From Dendrobates tinctorius (lineage: Eukaryota), in assembly GCF_039654945.1 (NCBI RefSeq), contig NW_027361684.1, forward strand, positions 75,206,001-75,270,000: a stretch of 64,000 bases of DNA. The letters run 5' to 3'. Position 1 is the stretch's first letter. Every line of letters begins with the position of its first letter. The notes beneath the pieces are model-generated. The model saw only the letters and a list, made by a program, of their open reading frames with translations. It was not told the DNA's origin and searched no databases. Shown piece by piece: positions 1-14,924 of this stretch. Both the position numbers and the translations under genes were made by a program.

Positions 1-604
1 ATAAATAGAGAGGTATAAAGTCTGCTGAAATGGCTAATGGGCAAACTGTGACGGACTCAGCTCCTGCTGAGCCCATTTTTTGAGTGGACCCTCTGGGTCG
101 TGGCACCCACCCACCGAGGGCGAGCTGACCTTGTGAGAATCCACCCCCTATACAGGGAGTGTCAGGGGCAAGACCAAGGGGGTGAGCCACCACGACTGCT
201 GGGACCAGACGGCCGGCTCAGGGGACACTAGACGAGTGTCTGACGACAAGGACGAGCAGGAAGCAAGACGAGACTAGACGTAGGTGCAAGGTATCTTCAT
301 TAGAATAACACAAGATCACATACAGAGAAAACAAGCAAAACGTGCAAGGTGCGCGCGTGGGCACGCCAAGGTCCATAACATGGTACGTGCCAGATGGCAC
401 GCCTAGGCACAGGTAATGGCATGATGGCATCGGACTCCGGACTGCTGGCAAACCGACAGGGTCCAGGGATCAGGCTGCGGACGTCAGCTCCGGACATCAG
501 GCCGTAGTCATCTGGTTCCGGACCTCTGGCAACGGTCGGCAGGTTCCGGGCATCTGGCAGGCAAACCAGGGTTCAGGCAAGGAGGCACGACAGATATCCA
601 AGCA

Positions 605-1360
605 GGGTGCGTGTTTAGGGAACACGCCAAGGTCCAAGGCTAGGTGCGTGTGTAGGGGACACGCCAGGGTCCAAGGCTAGGTGCGTGTGTAGGGGACACG
701 CCAGGGTTCAAGACTAGGTGCAAGGCAAGGTGCGTGTGTAGGGGACACGCCAGGGTTCAAAGCGAGGTGCGTGTGTAGGGGACACGCCAAGGTTCGCAAA
801 CGAGACAGGGTGCGTGTGTAGCCACGCCAAAGCATAGAATAAGACAGTGCGTGTAGAGACACGCCAAGGTACAAGGTATAAGACAGAGTGCGTGTAGAGA
901 CACGCCAAGGCACAAGACAGAGTGCGTGTAGAGACACGCCAAGGCACAAGACAGAGTGCGTGTAGAGACACGCCAAGGCACAAGACAGAGTGCGTGTAGA
1001 GACACGCCAAGGCACAAGACAGAGTGCGTGTAGAGACACGCCAAGGCACAAGACAGAGTGCGTGTAGAGACACGCCAAAGCACAAGACAGAGTGCGTGTA
1101 GAGACACGCCAGGGTTCAGAGCAGGGCTGCGTGCTAGGAGCTACGCAGGGACGCACACCTCACTGGCCAATGCACACGGCTGTAACGCCAGCACGAGGCA
1201 CGACTAAGGCACAGGAGGGGGCAAAGGAACCTTCGTGCTAGGAGCCACGCCAGGTTCAGGGCAGGGTGCGTGCTAGGAGCCACGCCAGGGTTCAAGGCAG
1301 GGTGCGTGCTAGGAGCCACGCCAGGGTTCAAGGCAGGGTGCGTGCTAGGAGCCACGCAGG
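605..1360. repeat. Minisatellite array (34-bp and 36-bp units) inside the LTR
   Basis: GACAGAGTGCGTGTAGAGACACGCCAAGGCACAA repeated at 882, 916, 950, 984, 1018, 1052, 1086; related ~36-bp units at 640-790 and 1260-1360. Confidence 0.95.
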
Positions 1361-2139
1361 GGGCACGCCACACTGGCCAGTACACACGGCTGTACACAAA
1401 CACGTGGCACTTACCACGGCACAGGAGACGGCCAAGGGGAACCCACGCCGGGGTTCAATGCAAGGACAAGGCAGGGAACAAGGCAAGGAATACAGGCAGA
1501 AACAGAGCCAGGTCAGAGAGAGGACAGAGTCTAGCAGCGGAGCGTAGGCAGAAGCCCAGAGCCGGGCCAAGGGAAGACCTTGGGACTAGACAAAGAAACG
1601 AGCACTAAGGAGAGGAGAAATGGTGCGTGTGCCAGGGAGCACTACAGAGCACCATAGGAGAGAGCGAGGCAGAGCAAGCAAAGACTGAGACCATAGGGAG
1701 GAACACAAAGCAAGGAATAGCAAGGAAGAAAACACAGGGAGGACTACAAGTCAAAGCATAGCAAAAGCAAGACATGGCAAAACAGGCGAGGCAGAGAACG
1801 CAGGAAGGACTACAAGTCAAAGCATAGCTAAGGCGAGACATAGCAAAACAGACTAAGACAAAGAACAGCAGAAGGACTACAAGGCAAAGCAAGGCAAAGA
1901 CAAACATGGCACGAGAGACAACACAAGACATGGCACAAGACAAGAGGCGGAATACGAGCACGGAGCGTGTGCAGAGACGCACTACAGAGCAAAGTGCAAG
2001 GGCACAGAATAGAGGGAGCAACCCCACAGACCCAGAGCCTTGCAGGGAAGCAACACAATAATCAGGCCCTGAGCATAGGAAGAGGCGGCCTGATATAGGG
2101 CATAGCACCTCCTCCTCCAGGTCAGGACCAGGGGAGAAC

Positions 2140-2385
2140 TTCCGGGATTCTAGACATGACGAGATGATAGCAGAACCAGACAGTGCAGGATCTTAGGAAA
2201 CGTCACATGATCAGGGTTTCAGACATGACGAGATGATCACCGAACCAACCAGTGCAGGATCCTAGGAAGAACACATGATCCGGGATTCTAGACATGACGA
2301 GATGATTGCAGAACCAGACAGTGTAGGATCTTAAGAAACATCACATGATCAAGGACTCCAGACATGACGAGAAGATCACAGAAGG
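2140..2385. repeat. ~69-bp tandem repeat inside the LTR
   Basis: About four copies of AGACATGACGAGATGAT...GCAGGATC...CACATGATC. Confidence 0.85.
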
Positions 2386-2833
2386 CAGAGCAGAAATGCA
2401 GGGATCCTGCAGCTCAGACATGAGGTGAGTCTGCACACAGCTCTAGCGAACATGCAGGACAGCAGACAGAACATGCGCATGCACATCGCTCCAGGAGTTC
2501 TTGAGACAAACAGACATGTCAGACATGGCGGACGTGACACAAACCATTTGCATAGAAATCACAAATTACTATTTTCTTAGCAGAAATAGGACTCTTAACT
2601 GATGTGTAAAAGTGGCTTAAATGAAATGCTGAATTTTCCATTAAAAGGAACTTTACACCTCAAAAAATGCTATTTACCTGCAGATACAGGGCTAGTCTGT
2701 TGTTAAATAGTGCTACAATATTCCTAGTCCGCGTTACTGAAAGGGCGACTTCCAGGAAAAATGAATTTATTTCCTGTGTGAACCACTAGCATTCAGTCAT
2801 GGTGACTATATGGATACAGACAACACTCACATC

Positions 2834-4103
2834 TATCATGGTGCAGTCCGGAGTTTATTTTCTGCTGTCTTCACTCTGGACTGGTCATGTGGGGGTTAAT
2901 CTCCTTGACCTCGTTCTGGAGCTAGCTGGGCTATTTCAGTCCATCACAGCCTACTGACCAGTGTTAGTGATAGCTCAAGCTTCCAGTTCAGAGCCTCTGA
3001 CCCTTGTACCTTGGTGCTCCTCCTGCCTTTGACTTGTATCCACATACAGTCATATGTTAAAGTTTGGGCACCCCTATTAATGGTGGAGGTTCCATCATGC
3101 TTTGGGGCTGTGTGGCCAATGCCGGCACCGGGAATCTTGTTAAAGTTGAGGGTCGCATGGATTCAACTCAGTATCAGCAGATTCTTGACAATAATGTGCA
3201 AGAATCAGTGACGAAGTTGAAGTTACGCAGGGGATGGATATTTCAGCAAGACAATGATCCAAATTACCGCTCCAAATCTACTCAGGCATTCATGCAGAGG
3301 AAAAATTACAATGTTCTGGAATGGCCATCCCTGTCCCCAGACTTGAATATCATTGAACATCTGTGGGAAGATTTGAAGCGGGCTGTCCATGCTCGGCGAC
3401 CATCAAACTTAACTGAACTGGAATTGTTTTGTAAACAGGAATGGTCACAAATACCTTCATCCAGGAACTCACTAAAAGCTACAGGAAGCGACTAGAGGCT
3501 GTTATTTTTGCAAAAGGAGGATCTACGAAATATTAATGTCACTTTTATGTTGAGGTGCCCATACTTTTGCACCGGTCAAATTTTGTTAAAATGCAGATTG
3601 CACATTTTCTGTTAGTACAATAAACCTCATTTGAATCCAGAAATATAACTGAGTCCATCAGTTATTAGATATATGAAGCTGAAATAGCTGTTGCAAAAAC
3701 CAAAATTGTTATAAAGAAAAAAGGTTAACATTAATAGGGGTGCCCAAACTTTAACATATAACTGTATATGACCCGGACTGACCCCTGACCCCGTCTCTTG
3801 GTATTCATCTCTGCTGCTGCGTTCTTTGTCGGGCTTTTAATTCCCCGGCTTGTACTCCCACTACGGCTTCCGTCTCACGATTCTGGACCCCACGCTCATG
3901 TTTGGCTTTTTGCCCCTCAGCTTGGTATTTTGACTACATGTATTGCTGCTACTTCTGGTTTGTCTGCTCCTGATCGTTTCTGACTCGGGTCGTCTGACCA
4001 TTCTCCCTTTACCTGTGACACTTGTGCAGTAGCTCAGTGTTGCTACTCTTAGTGTGTAACCTCTCTTCCCTCACCAGCTCCCACTGGTGGAGGTTTTACT
4101 ACA
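2834..4103. mobile_element. Degenerate LTR-like insert within the MITE
   Basis: Separates the two MITE arms; T(A)TCATG...ACTACA ends; TSD not clean. Confidence 0.4.
3047..3764 (+). mobile_element. Internally deleted Tc1 element
   Basis: TA flanks; TIR CAGT(C/T)ATATGTTAAAGTTTGGGCACCCCTATTAATG at both ends; C-terminal DDE fragment GGGSIMLWGC...QQDNDP...SPDLNIIE. Confidence 0.92.
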
Positions 4104-4502
4104 TTATCACTGTGGGTGGCTTTCAGTGACAGCTCAGTTTGAGCTGTCAATCAATGTACCAGGGTGTGTCTAAAGACACAGTGCAGTTCATGGAGCAGTG
4201 CGGTGAGTGGTGACTGTAGCTGCTCCATACACACCACGACTGAAAGCTGATGGCTCATGAGAGGAAATAGGTTCATTTTCTCCCAGCAGCTGCACTTTCA
4301 TTAAGGTGGCCAGGCAACATTGTAACAATATTTACCTGCAGATTAACTCTACGTCTTCAGGTAAATAACATTTTCTGAGTTAATAGGTTTCCTTTAACCT
4401 AGAGAAAAATACTCAAATACTAAATTGTACAATAAACTACAGGAGTGTTTGTCAAACTGTGGGGTGGGTAAAACCAGTGAGGAGCCTGGTAATTATTGAT
4501 GA

Positions 4503-5030
4503 TGTTAGGGATGGCGGAATTCACTAAATATAAAATAACGTAAAGTGCGTTTGCCACCCGGGGTCCACCGTGCAGAAGGTGTTAACACTGCTGCTTGCCA
4601 ATGGCGGACGTACAATATGGCGGTATTACGCACGTGGGTTGAATGTCACCCAGGTGCACTAAGCCATCTCTTTTTACTCACAGAGATGACTTAAGTGAAA
4701 AACACAAAAAGGCTGAGCCTGTTAGCGTCACAGGTCTCAGAGATGTGCACGCACTATATATGGTCACAGGAGCTGGACCCTAGGCAGAGGGTCTGCGTCC
4801 GTCTAGACCTACTGTGCGTGCGGCGTCGCAACTGTGGATGCCAAGAGGAGCTGCAGACTGCAGCGCTTCGACAGACACTGACACTAGTCGACAATGCCAG
4901 GAAGCAGGCGCACTGTCGGACGCTAGTACTGCGGAGGATGCTGTAGTGGCTTGTAGCTTGCCACTGGCTGGCGCTGACTCTATAGCTAAGTCCCTATACA
5001 CACTCATAATATCAGAGGGAGGGGATCTTA
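4503..5030. mobile_element. Truncated LTR related to 26937-27988
   Basis: Starts TGTTAGGGATGGCGGA and shares CCACCGTGCAGA with the later solo LTR; right end not found. Confidence 0.6.
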
Positions 5031-5283
5031 ATGATCTTAATGAGTCATTCGCAGGTTCATGCATTAAGTTTGGGTTTGCTCATGTCTACTTATAATTGCT
5101 GTGTCTTTGAAGTCTATCTAATCAGTATGGTAACTAGTGACATAATAGGTTATAGTTTATTTCATAATGTTTTGTTTTCTTGCAATGTTGCAGAAAAGTC
5201 TTGTTATAAAGGTAGATTCCAGCAGAGGATTTTGATGAACTGCATCCCCAACTGAATTCAGAATAGCAGAATATTCCTCAGAC

Positions 5284-5616
5284 CAAGTACGGACTGGGAC
5301 TGAAATTCAGCCCTGGCATTTGAAATCACATAGGCCCATGCTGTCCCCCATCCCCAAGCACCAGATTGAATATATTACTAATATTACCCTGGATGGAGGA
5401 AAGCAAGATTTAGTACAAGACCAATATTTCTAATGATACCCGTGGCCTGCTGGGGTAAGTGAAGGAGTCAGTGACTTTGTGCTCCATCACAACTCTTAAC
5501 AGTATGGGTGTCTAGAGAACACCGATTCTGTTAACAACATAACAGACAAGGCAGCCTATGACCAGACAGACCCTTCTGGCATTTGCAAGAATTGCCAGAC
5601 GGCCGGTCCGGCCCTG
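5284..5616. mobile_element. hAT-type MITE
   Basis: Exact 8-bp TSD CCTCAGAC (5276-5283, 5617-5624); imperfect TIR CAAGTACGGACTGG / CCGGTCCGGCCCTG. Confidence 0.85.
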
Positions 5617-6055
5617 CCTCAGACTACCATTAATAACCTTTTGACAGCACACCAAGACGTGTAAGTGCATCTCTGCACATGATGCTCATACTTAAAATTT
5701 TGTTTCCATTTTTCATAATTTACATATCAATAACATATCTGTCAATCCTGTGATTTCCATATTGCTATGACTTATTCTTGGTGATGCAATTTCAATGTTC
5801 CAATTTCAATATAGTGCTTCTAAATGTATATGTATTCACAAATGCAAGCATCACATTGTTCACAGCCTCCATTTTAGCTGCGGCCAGAACATATAAGAAA
5901 GCAGAACGGTGAAACATGGTAAGAGTGAGTTGCTCAGCGAGTAAGTATTTGCACACCGTTCTGAGATGGTGCAGTGAGAGGTTCTGTGTTTGAATTTGGG
6001 CCTATCCAGAAGATTAGTGATCCTGACATTAAATGATGTGGTTGCAAACCATTAC

Positions 6056-6730
6056 TAAACCCCTTCTCCACCTTGGGTGTTTCCTTTGAGTTTCCATTTT
6101 TTGCGCCCCTTCTTCCCAGAGCCATAACTTTTTTATTTTTCTGTCAATATGGCCATGTTTTTTGCAGGATGAGTTGTAATTTGGAACAACACCATTGGTT
6201 TTGCCATATAGTGTATTGGAAAATAGGAAATAAATTCAAAGTGTGTTGAAATTGCAAAAAAGTGTAATTCCACAACTGTTTATGGGTTTTTTTTAACCAT
6301 GTTCCCTAAATGCTAAAACTGACCTTCCATTATGATTCTCCAAGTCGCCATATTCTGAGAACTGTAGCATTTCCATTTTTTGTGATCTGGGGCTGGGTTT
6401 TGATTTTATTTTCTTGTTACAACGTTTGCCGATCGGATTTGTTCTTTTTATATATTGATTGGGCGATTCTGAATGTGGCAATGCCAAATATGTGGTTTTT
6501 TAACCCCTTTCCGAAGTTGGGCATAATAATACGCCCACATCGGACTCCACCTGAATGTGCCCGGAAAGGTGCGGGCTCAGCGCCAGAGCACCTTTCTGGG
6601 CACAGCTGACATGAGCCTGCAATAGCCACTCTCCATGCATGTGTTGTGATTGCACAGAGCCGCGACACATGCAGGTGTGGAGCTGAACAGCTGATCAGCC
6701 GGAGCGCTCCATGTATCCGGGTTCCCACTT
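6056..6730. mobile_element. Fragments of piggyBac-like (TTAA-CCC) non-autonomous repeat
   Basis: TAAACCCCTT (6056) and TTAACCCCTT (6500) termini; no matching right ends found. Confidence 0.4.
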
Positions 6731-6998
6731 TAGCTTATTCGGTAAGCGCTATAGCTTGCCGAATAAGCAGGGACCAAAACATATTTGCTCATATCTAGTT
6801 GTGAACAGGACTAAGAACAATTGAAAGAACTTGGCATTTTGTGTGCTGATAAAGTTCCTTGAAAAAGTATTCATACTCATTGAACATTTCCACATTTTCC
6901 CAAGTTACACCTACAAACTTAGGCCTCCTTCACAGGTTTGTGCTTCTAGTATGTATGATATCTGGTTTTTTCCATGGATGCAGCAAGTACTCATTATA

Positions 6999-8758
<1,760 letters not shown>

Positions 8759-11689
8759 CTATAGCATTCTTATACACATATCCGTGGTTTTGCATGTTCA
8801 CATGACAAGGGCCAATACAAATCTATGGGTCTGCGAAAAACATGCAGCATATGGATGGCATCCAAATTCCATCCACGTGCTGTACGTGTGCTGATCATGT
8901 TTAACGTTGCGAAACATAGCTTTCTAATTTATTGCTTTCTTTCTCCAAAGCAGAAAAAATTCTGATGGTAAAAGCAGACACACTGATATAAACCACTGAT
9001 GTCACTAATGGTAAAAGCGGACATATGGATGACACACTGATAGAAAACACTGATGACACTCGTACTGGTTTTTAATGCCTGTGTTTTATACATAAATGTG
9101 AAGGAGGCCTTAAATGTATTATATTGGTATTTTATGTGATCCCAGAGGGGATGAATACAAGTGCACGTTCAATATTCAGATTTATATTTTTTTAATTATA
9201 ATAGTATAATTTCCTTTATACTTCACAAATACTTGCTACTTTGAGTTAGTAAAACACATAAAATCCCAGTAAAATACACTTAAGGTATTTTATACATTTA
9301 ATAAAATATACTAGGTATGAATACTTTTTAAAGGCACTGTGTTAACAACACCTACCAAGCTGGACTGAGCTTGGAATTGAGGCCTCGCTCTCATGAGCGT
9401 ATGATGGACAAGTGTTCTCTGATGTTTCATTGGATAGCACTCAGACCAATGTAATTCTATGAGGCAGTGCAGATCTGCAATTTTTTTTCAGATCATGCTA
9501 AGTTGACACTCTGGTCAAACTCGGAGGAGGGTGAGTGTCATTACCATAATCAATCGGATTCTCTCGCAGAGCAACATCGCCATGACCCCGGGCATAGGGT
9601 AATTATGTCAGAAAGGTTCATCGGGTTAACCAAGAAATCCGTTGTGGACTACCACAGAGAGAGGTAGCCATAGGAGAAGGGAGCAAGGCCCAATGCTGGA
9701 GACGGGATAGTTTAGTAGCACTGTAACCGTAGAGTTAGCAGTCACATAGGGCCAAAGACAGCCAGATACTTGTCCTGCTTGTTTCTTGTACAAATCAATA
9801 TAGCTGGGAGCCTTTAAAAAGTATTGGTGCACCCAGCTGTTTACCAGGCACGTATAATGGCAGATGGAACAGAATGTCTTGTATTTTCCAACTGATGTCC
9901 TAAATACGGTAGTTTTGCTGCAATCTCTGGAAATATTTCTTAATAAATATACACTTGAAATGAGGAATTAGTTATTTGAGATTTCTGTCAGTGGTCTTAT
10001 TTTAATTACTGTAAATATAAAACTCCGTTTAATGCCATTATAAATTTCAGAAGGAGCAATTTCAAGTAGTTTTCTTGTCACATCAAAGCCGATCAGCAGT
10101 TTAATTTTTTTTTTCCAATTTAATCATGTAAAATAAGAATGATGTAATGCCCTCAGCAACGTGGAATTACTTTGGCAGCCTCAAAATGCATAACAACCCC
10201 ATTATCAATTGCTATAATCATCAACCATAAAACCAACTTGTCAACAGTTTATATCTTTTTAGGGAAATAACAGGCGTACTAGTCTAATGATCAAACCATA
10301 AATTCCTACTCCTTTGGCCTGAAATTACACGTGATACGAGTCCTCTCTGAAAACTAAAAAAAAGTGCTTCCAATTTGTTAATCATTTCTGAATTCAACCA
10401 TATCCTTGTGGTGTGTTGTACCGAACTCATCATTTATTAAAATGCTCATCATCCATTAAAGACGCTCCTAGAATGAATATCAGACATATAAGCATAAAGT
10501 ACTTACTATAAATGAAAATGAATTTGTGTTGGCGTGCTGTATGAGATTTTCCTGGCAATAGGTTCACAGAGAATGGCTGTATAATTAAAAATGATTTGTT
10601 GCATGGCATTCTCAAAAATGCTAGTATCATTTGGATCTATTCACTATAAGCAGGAAAAATAGGTTCTTGTTAAGAACCAATTTGCACAGGATTATATCAT
10701 GGTAAACAAGTTCATTTTTTTTTACCCCAGTCATAAAGAACCACCTGCGCTTCCATATTAATATTCTGGGCCATATAAAGATCGAGTAGTTATTAACCAT
10801 TGTAGCCCTTTATAGTCTCTTTTTTGTAGAAAGGTTCCGTGATATTCAGCTGTAAGCTACTGAGAAATTTAGCTGCAAATGTTCAGTATTCCAACAGCCC
10901 CACCACAGGTGAAATGAAATATTACATCGCTCACATTCAATCTGCTGTTTACTTAAATTTTTTGTCCGGCCTTAGGTAACAAGTCTACGTGCACTACGCA
11001 CTGTGGAGTCGCCGGTGACAGGAGCGCCAAGCACATGACCTCAAGTCATGTGCTTGGCATTATTAGGCACATTTGCACTGTACTTTGTTTCCTTACATTG
11101 CATTGCACCTGGTCTATACCCTATTATATTATTACATGGAATGATGGTTTACATTTTGATAGCACTATGCACTTTAGGCTATGTAATACGTTATTTAAAG
11201 TATATTATTATTATACATTGTCCCATTATATGGTGATGTTTATGACTCATTTTTTGCTGTCTTTTGTCACCGTTCCTGGCCTTTGTCGTTGCTTCCAGCT
11301 TTTTATTCTTAGAAATTCTCTTGTTTTTCAGATACACATTTTTTAACTAATGTTTGAATAAACTTAAATTTTAATCCTTAGATTTATTGCCTATGTCTCT
11401 TTGTCCCTGGTATATTTAGAAGGGATTTTGTATTTTTTTGATATTTTTCTGCATAATGAATGGTATATAAGGCAAACTTTAAAAAGGATTTTAAAAAACA
11501 TAATTTAAGTAAACCAAACTTGAACTTTTCATGAAAAAAATGGAAATTTCAGGGCAATTTATGAAGGAAGCAAGAACTGCCAAAAATGTGATGTGAGAGG
11601 GACTCAGATACATATTGTTTGAGACATAAAGGAGGGCCTCATACACATTATGTTCAAATTGTCATGTAGTGGTACACTTAAACTCATAA

Positions 11690-12240
11690 AAACTATACAC
11701 TAAGTGCAAAGCCTGTCAAAAATTACAAGCAGCGTCATCCATACACCCTTGAAGACACCAACTTTAGTACCTCATTCAAATATTTTGAACAAAGTTTAGT
11801 TGTGGTACACCTATATTCATAAAAGCTCTTCACACAGTGCAAAATTTGCCAAAAATTACAAGCAGGGCCATCCATACACCCATGAAGGGACCAAATGTAG
11901 TGCTTCATTCAAATATTAGGAACAAAGTGTAGTGGTGGTACTCCTACATTCATAAAAGCTCTGCACACAGTTCAAAGCCTGCCAAAAATTATAAGGAGGG
12001 TCATCCATACACCTTTCAAGGCACCGAATGGAGTGCCTCATAAAAAATAAGAAAGTGTAGTTGTGGCCCTTTTACACTCATGAAAAAAATTATAAGGATG
12101 GTCATCCAGTCATCCATAGGCCCTTGAAGGCAACAGCTTATAAGCCTCATTTAAATATTTTGAAATTGTAGTTAATGTACTCCTACACTAATAAAGGCTT
12201 TGCACAAAATGAAAACTCAGGAAAAAATATAAGGAGGGTA
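11690..12240. repeat. ~134-bp degenerate tandem repeat
   Basis: About 4 copies containing AAAAATTA(C/T)AAG...CATCCATACACC...CCTCATT. Confidence 0.85.
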
Positions 12241-12284
12241 ATACAGCAATTATCTTTAGATGCTTGTTTCATCTAATTAATTAT

Positions 12285-13352
12285 GGAACGGACTATGCAA
12301 CTGACAGATGGATTCATAACTGGCATAGTGATCGGACCCAATGAGTGGTTATAAATGACTGCAAATCCAGATGGAAGAATGTCTCAAGTGGGGATCCATA
12401 GAACTCTGTCCTGGGCCCTGTGTTGCTCAACATCTTTATCAATGATTTAGAGGAAGGAATTAAGTGTAGACTGATTAAATTTGCTGATGACATAAAGCTA
12501 GGAAGGATAGATAATACTAGAAAAGAGAGGAGAATTCAAAAAGATCTAAACAAACGAACTGTGGGCAGCAACTAACAGAATGGTTTTCAACAGGGAGAAA
12601 TGCAAATTCCTACATCTGGGCAACACAAATGAAAAAAGCATATACAGAATGGGAGGAATAGGTATAAGTAACAGCACATGAGAAAAAGACTTGGGTATAC
12701 TAATAGATTATAGACTCAACATTAGTCTACAATGTGATGCAGCAGAAAAAAAGCAAGCAGAATTCTTGATTTCATTAAAGCATTGAAGCATTCAGTCTAG
12801 ATCACGAGAAGTAATTATCTGCCTCTACCCATCTTTGGTCAGACCTCATCTGGAATACTGTGTTTAGCCTTGGGTACCAAATTTTAAAAAAGACACGAAC
12901 AAACTAGAGCAAGTTCAGAGAAGAGCGACCAGAATGGTGACCGATCTGCAACCTATGTCCCATCAGGAACGGTTAGAGGATTTGGGAAATTTTTTGCAAA
13001 AGAGAAGACTGAGAGGAGAGTTAATAGCTGTCTACAAATATCTCAAGGACTGTCACACTGTAGAGGCATCCACTTTATTTTCATTTGAACAAGGTAAGAC
13101 TAGAAGCAATGGAATGAAACTGAACGATAGGAGACATAGATTAGATATTAGAAAAAACTTTTTGACAGTGAGGGTGATCGACTAGTGGAACAGCTGCCAC
13201 AAGAGGTGTTGAGTTCTCCTTCAATAGAAATCTTCAAACAGGCTGATCAGACATCTGTTTGGGATGATTTAGTGAATCATGCATTGAGCCTGCATTAGAC
13301 CAGAAGACCCAGGAGGTCCCTTCCAACTTTACCATTATATGATTCTATGATT
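12285..13352 (+). mobile_element. 5'-truncated CR1 LINE (RT C-terminus and tail)
   Basis: [23 protein letters not shown]; (ATTCTATG)n tail; same family as 40113-46295. Confidence 0.92.
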
Positions 13353-14169
13353 CCTCTGGAGTTTTGGGGGGAATACCTCCACCTGCTTCCTGAAGAGTGA
13401 TTCCCAGGAGCCTAAGCTGTTAGTGACCCGGATTCAGGTAGTGCCAGTGCACACAACATGTAGAAATGGGAGACAGCCCTCTGTGTCACCACACCATCTC
13501 TTGCTCCCATATGGGAGGTGGAGATCTCCAAGGATATGATCTCGAGCCACCTTGAGTAGCATTTCTCAGGCCCTTTCATTTTGCAAGAAGGGTTCATCCT
13601 GCTCCCTTCTCAGATCACACCTACCGCATACCAGCGATGTTGACCCTCCATTTTGATAAACATAACCATAGCCATCAACTCTTGCAGCCTTCAAGGCAAG
13701 TGTTCCTTCTCTACTGCCCACTGGTTGAACAAGATGTGATGATGGGACCCAAGCCCTTCTATGGACCCCATCTCCACTGTTGGTCATTTGAAACGACCCT
13801 GCAGCTAGTGGGCCCACTAGCATGTCTCCAGCACTGGCTCACCTCCTCTCTTCCAATCAGCCTAGGCCCCGCAGTCAGCTCACCAGTTGCTGGATCCAGG
13901 CTCTACCATCCACAGTCTGCAAGAACCCCAATGTTGAAGGCTGTGGCCTGGGTTCGGACCTTGGTGGTTCTGGGAAAGCAGTCGATTCCAAACCACAGGC
14001 TCCTGACACCTCTGCTGTTGCCCTACCTAGGTCTGGCTCCAATATTCCTACAGTCGCTCCATTGGGAGTCTCACGTGATTCTGCCATCTTTGTCTTCTTG
14101 TCGCCCCAAAGCACGTTACACTATATGTATTACAAATTCAATCCAGAAAAAAAATTTAACTGTCTTTTG

Positions 14170-14500
14170 GAGGGTTATATGTAACACCGAAATGTAACAC
14201 AAATCATGTAGTGCTCTATGGATGACTAATTGAATCCAGAAATTTTTGGAACACTTTTTTGGAGTGTTATTTACCACCAAAATGTAGCACAAAGGATGTA
14301 ATACTCTATGGATAACTAATTGAATCTAGAAACATTTTTTAATGCTTTTTTGGAGTGTTATATACCACCAAAATGTAAAACAAAGTATTTAATACTCTAT
14401 GGATGACTAATTGAATCCAGAAAAAATTGTGAATGCTTTTTGGTGTGATATATTTTATATCACCACAATCTAACACAGAGCACATAATACTCTGTGGATT
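14170..14500. repeat. ~90-bp tandem repeat
   Basis: About 4 copies of CACC(A/G)AAATGTA.CACAAA...CTCTATGGAT.ACTAATTGAATC.AGAAA. Confidence 0.85.
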
Positions 14501-14924
14501 ACAATGTAGTCAATTTTTTCACCCAAAAAAAGAATATAATGAGGTGTATCAGCTATATATTTAGCAATGGACTGCAAAGTCCTAAGCCCTACCTAGAGCC
14601 TATATTCTGCCACTCTCCCTTCTCCTGCAACTGTCCCTAGGAAAAATGGAGAATGTATCTGATATAAACAGCACAGCACATGATTATCCATTTTGAAAGA
14701 TTGTAGGTATGATGGTTCAGCATCAGCACCAGTATCAACACTAGAGAACTCTGATTAGTTAAACTGTGCACACACAGGCCTGGGTAACTACTTTCTCACG
14801 TCAATCAGAACTGTCACTGAGCTGTGCAGTGGCGTTAATGAGCCAAGCTTACTTCTTTACTGGGTACCTAGTGGTGGAATGCTGATTCGAAAAGGGCTTA
14901 TTCTTTAAACTAGAAGAAGAGGGG

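Larger units (their letters stand above)
47..2539. mobile_element. Solo LTR (Gypsy/BEL-like), about 2.5 kb, expanded by internal minisatellites
   Basis: Ends TGTGACG...CGTGACA; exact 5-bp TSD CAAAC at 42-46 and 2540-2544; no gag/pol recognised. Confidence 0.8.
2645..4393. mobile_element. T2/Kolobok-type MITE split by nested insertions
   Basis: TTAA flanks (2641-2644, 4394-4397); A(A)GGAA...TTCCT termini; inverted subterminal TATTTACCTG / CAGGTAAATA. Confidence 0.65.

Noticed and set aside
677-1608. Repetitive ORFs on both strands and a superficially CRISPR-like array
   Set aside because: Head-to-tail minisatellite with no unique spacers; eukaryotic LTR context; no cas genes
10430-10630. Possible terminal exon GASLMDDEHFNK* on the minus strand
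   Set aside because: Too short and no recognisable homology
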